In this document: positions 35,179-36,426 of the stretch, in pieces
Position numbering within the stretch: position 1 is the first letter of the stretch
Layout of the letters: every line of letters begins with the position of its first letter
Source of the DNA: a virus
Virus genome (UHGV): UHGV-0192694
Reading direction: 5' to 3' (one strand)
DNA length: 36,426 nt
Position numbers and translations under genes: made by a program
The notes under the pieces: model-generated
Databases searched by the model: none
What the model was told of the DNA's origin: nothing
What the model saw: only the letters and a program-made list of their open reading frames with translations

Positions 35179-35277
35179 CGCACCCTCTCCGACCAAGAAG
35201 TTAGTGCGTTAAAAATAGAAACAAAATAGGCTTATTTTGTTACGCCTATTTTACCACAAAGAAAAGGACGTGAAAAT

Positions 35278-36426
35278 ATGGCGAAACTAAATTGGTCCAA
35301 AAAATACAAATATGTTTTTTCTTACTCAAATAAAAAAGGAACTTTTTGGGGATATCGCTATCCTTATTACAACTCTCTAAAACACCGAAAAGAAGCTAGC
35401 AAACGTGGATTTGAAAGCGAAAGAGCAGCGAATAAAGCATTGCTAAAAATCCAATATGCTTTAGAAACACAAAACACTTCCTTCATCGAAAATAAACAAC
35501 TCACCATAGATGAATGGATCGATGTATGGATACCTTACGCCCAAGACAATTGGAGTGTTTCAACTAAACAAAACATTGAATCTGCTATCAAATTTCACAT
35601 ATCACCATTAATTGGAAATCAAAAACTATCTTCTTTAAATAAGATTACCTATAAACGAGAATTTATTGATAAATTAAGACAAAAAAACAAATATACAGAA
35701 TCTACCATCCAAACTTGGCATAAAATTGTAATGAGGATGATTAACGCTGCAGTACACAATCAAATCATCCCTAGCAACACGCTAACAGGCTTTAAATTTG
35801 ATTTAAGTAATAATGTTCGTTCGTTCTCTAAAAAGGAATTACAGCGATTTGTGGCGGTTTTAGAAAACGAAGATATTCAAACGCAAGTTATATTTTTAAC
35901 TCTGCTAAAATCTGGAATGAGGAAAGGCGAACTGATGGGGCTGCGTTGGAGTGATATTGATTTAACCGAAAAATATTTCGATATCAATTCTACACGTGGT
36001 GATTACGGTGAAAATAAACCTAAAACAAAAACCAGCATACGTAAAGTTTATTTTGACAACTCGTTACTCACTTTAATAAAAAAATACAAAAATCATGAGA
36101 AAGAACGGCTTTTCAGAGAAGGGATAATTTTAAGCGATAAGGACTATTTTATTTTAAGTTCTCGAAATTTACCTATCAAACAATCAAGAATTACGTATAT
36201 GTTTCGCCTGTTATGTGAAAAAGCAGAAGTTCAAAACATAACCGTACACGGCCTAAGACATACCCATGCAACGTTTTTAATTGAAGCAGGAGCAAACATT
36301 AAGTACGTTTCAACTCGGTTAGGACACAAGAATATTAATATAACTTTGGATGTTTATAGCGATGTGCTAAAAGAAGAAGAAAAAGAAACAGCTGATATGA
36401 TGGATAAACTTATTGAGAACTTGTGA
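35278..36426 (+). CDS. int: tyrosine integrase
   Basis: C-terminal catalytic region with conserved R...HxLRH...Y (HGLRHTHATFLIEAG...LGHKNINITLDVYSDV); RBS AAAGGACG; stops at the last base of window. Confidence 0.9.
   Translation: MAKLNWSKKYKYVFSYSNKKGTFWGYRYPYYNSLKHRKEASKRGFESERAANKALLKIQYALETQNTSFIENKQLTIDEWIDVWIPYAQDNWSVSTKQNIESAIKFHISPLIGNQKLSSLNKITYKREFIDKLRQKNKYTESTIQTWHKIVMRMINAAVHNQIIPSNTLTGFKFDLSNNVRSFSKKELQRFVAVLENEDIQTQVIFLTLLKSGMRKGELMGLRWSDIDLTEKYFDINSTRGDYGENKPKTKTSIRKVYFDNSLLTLIKKYKNHEKERLFREGIILSDKDYFILSSRNLPIKQSRITYMFRLLCEKAEVQNITVHGLRHTHATFLIEAGANIKYVSTRLGHKNINITLDVYSDVLKEEEKETADMMDKLIENL

Larger units (their letters stand above)
3241..36426. mobile_element. P335-like temperate siphovirus prophage (continues beyond window end; left boundary uncertain, somewhere 2650-3470)
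   Basis: Complete ordered modules lysis-tail-head-packaging-replication-lysogeny with integrase at right edge; att sites not identifiable inside window. Confidence 0.85.

Overview
This window is dominated by a roughly 33 kb temperate siphovirus prophage in reverse orientation, preceded by a short chromosomal flank.

**Left flank (1-3.2 kb):**
- Ferrochelatase (hemH, minus strand), a cold-shock protein and a small membrane protein.
- Two degenerate tRNA(CAT)-like genes and a tRNA 3'-end fragment.
- Several hairpin terminators, including two paralogous 60-nt stem-loop elements.

**Prophage (about 3.2 kb to the end of the window).** Apart from cI, ImmA, the K+-channel gene and the integrase, nearly all of its genes are on the minus strand. 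Reading left to right:
- Lysis cassette: a Sec-signal GH25 endolysin with two LysM repeats, a holin, and a 40-aa XkdX-like ORF.
- Baseplate genes, including a BppL-like receptor-binding protein, then BppU-like, Tal and Dit.
- Tape measure protein, G/GT tail chaperones, major tail protein, head-tail connectors, capsid, scaffold, minor head protein, portal, TerL and TerS.
- A 720-bp non-coding packaging/late-promoter region.
- An accessory cassette carrying a two-gene candidate exclusion system and a tRNA-Trp-like gene.
- An ArpU/Alt-type late activator, then a cluster of short plus-strand transcription units.
- Replication genes: RusA, a replisome organiser with internal iterons, and an Erf-type single-strand annealing protein.
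- Early-region morons: a DUF1508 gene and a membrane-anchored protein encoded on the plus strand.
- A Rha-type antirepressor and cro.
- On the plus strand, cI, an ImmA-like HEXXH protease, a 6-TM voltage-gated-type K+ channel gene, and a tyrosine integrase that stops at the last base of the window.

Gene content resembles P335-group phages of Lactococcus (replisome organiser, Alt-like activator, BppL-like N-terminus). This rests on recalled family features, not on a search.

**Most interesting candidates:**
- The independently promoted and terminated cassette at 23655-25051. It encodes a 305-aa soluble protein plus a 149-aa 4-TM membrane protein, resembling the RexA/RexB-style sensor/membrane-effector architecture.
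- The K+ channel gene, which sits in the int-proximal slot normally occupied by superinfection-exclusion genes.
- A set of four short plus-strand transcription units whose terminator hairpins all carry the same CGGAAA loop.
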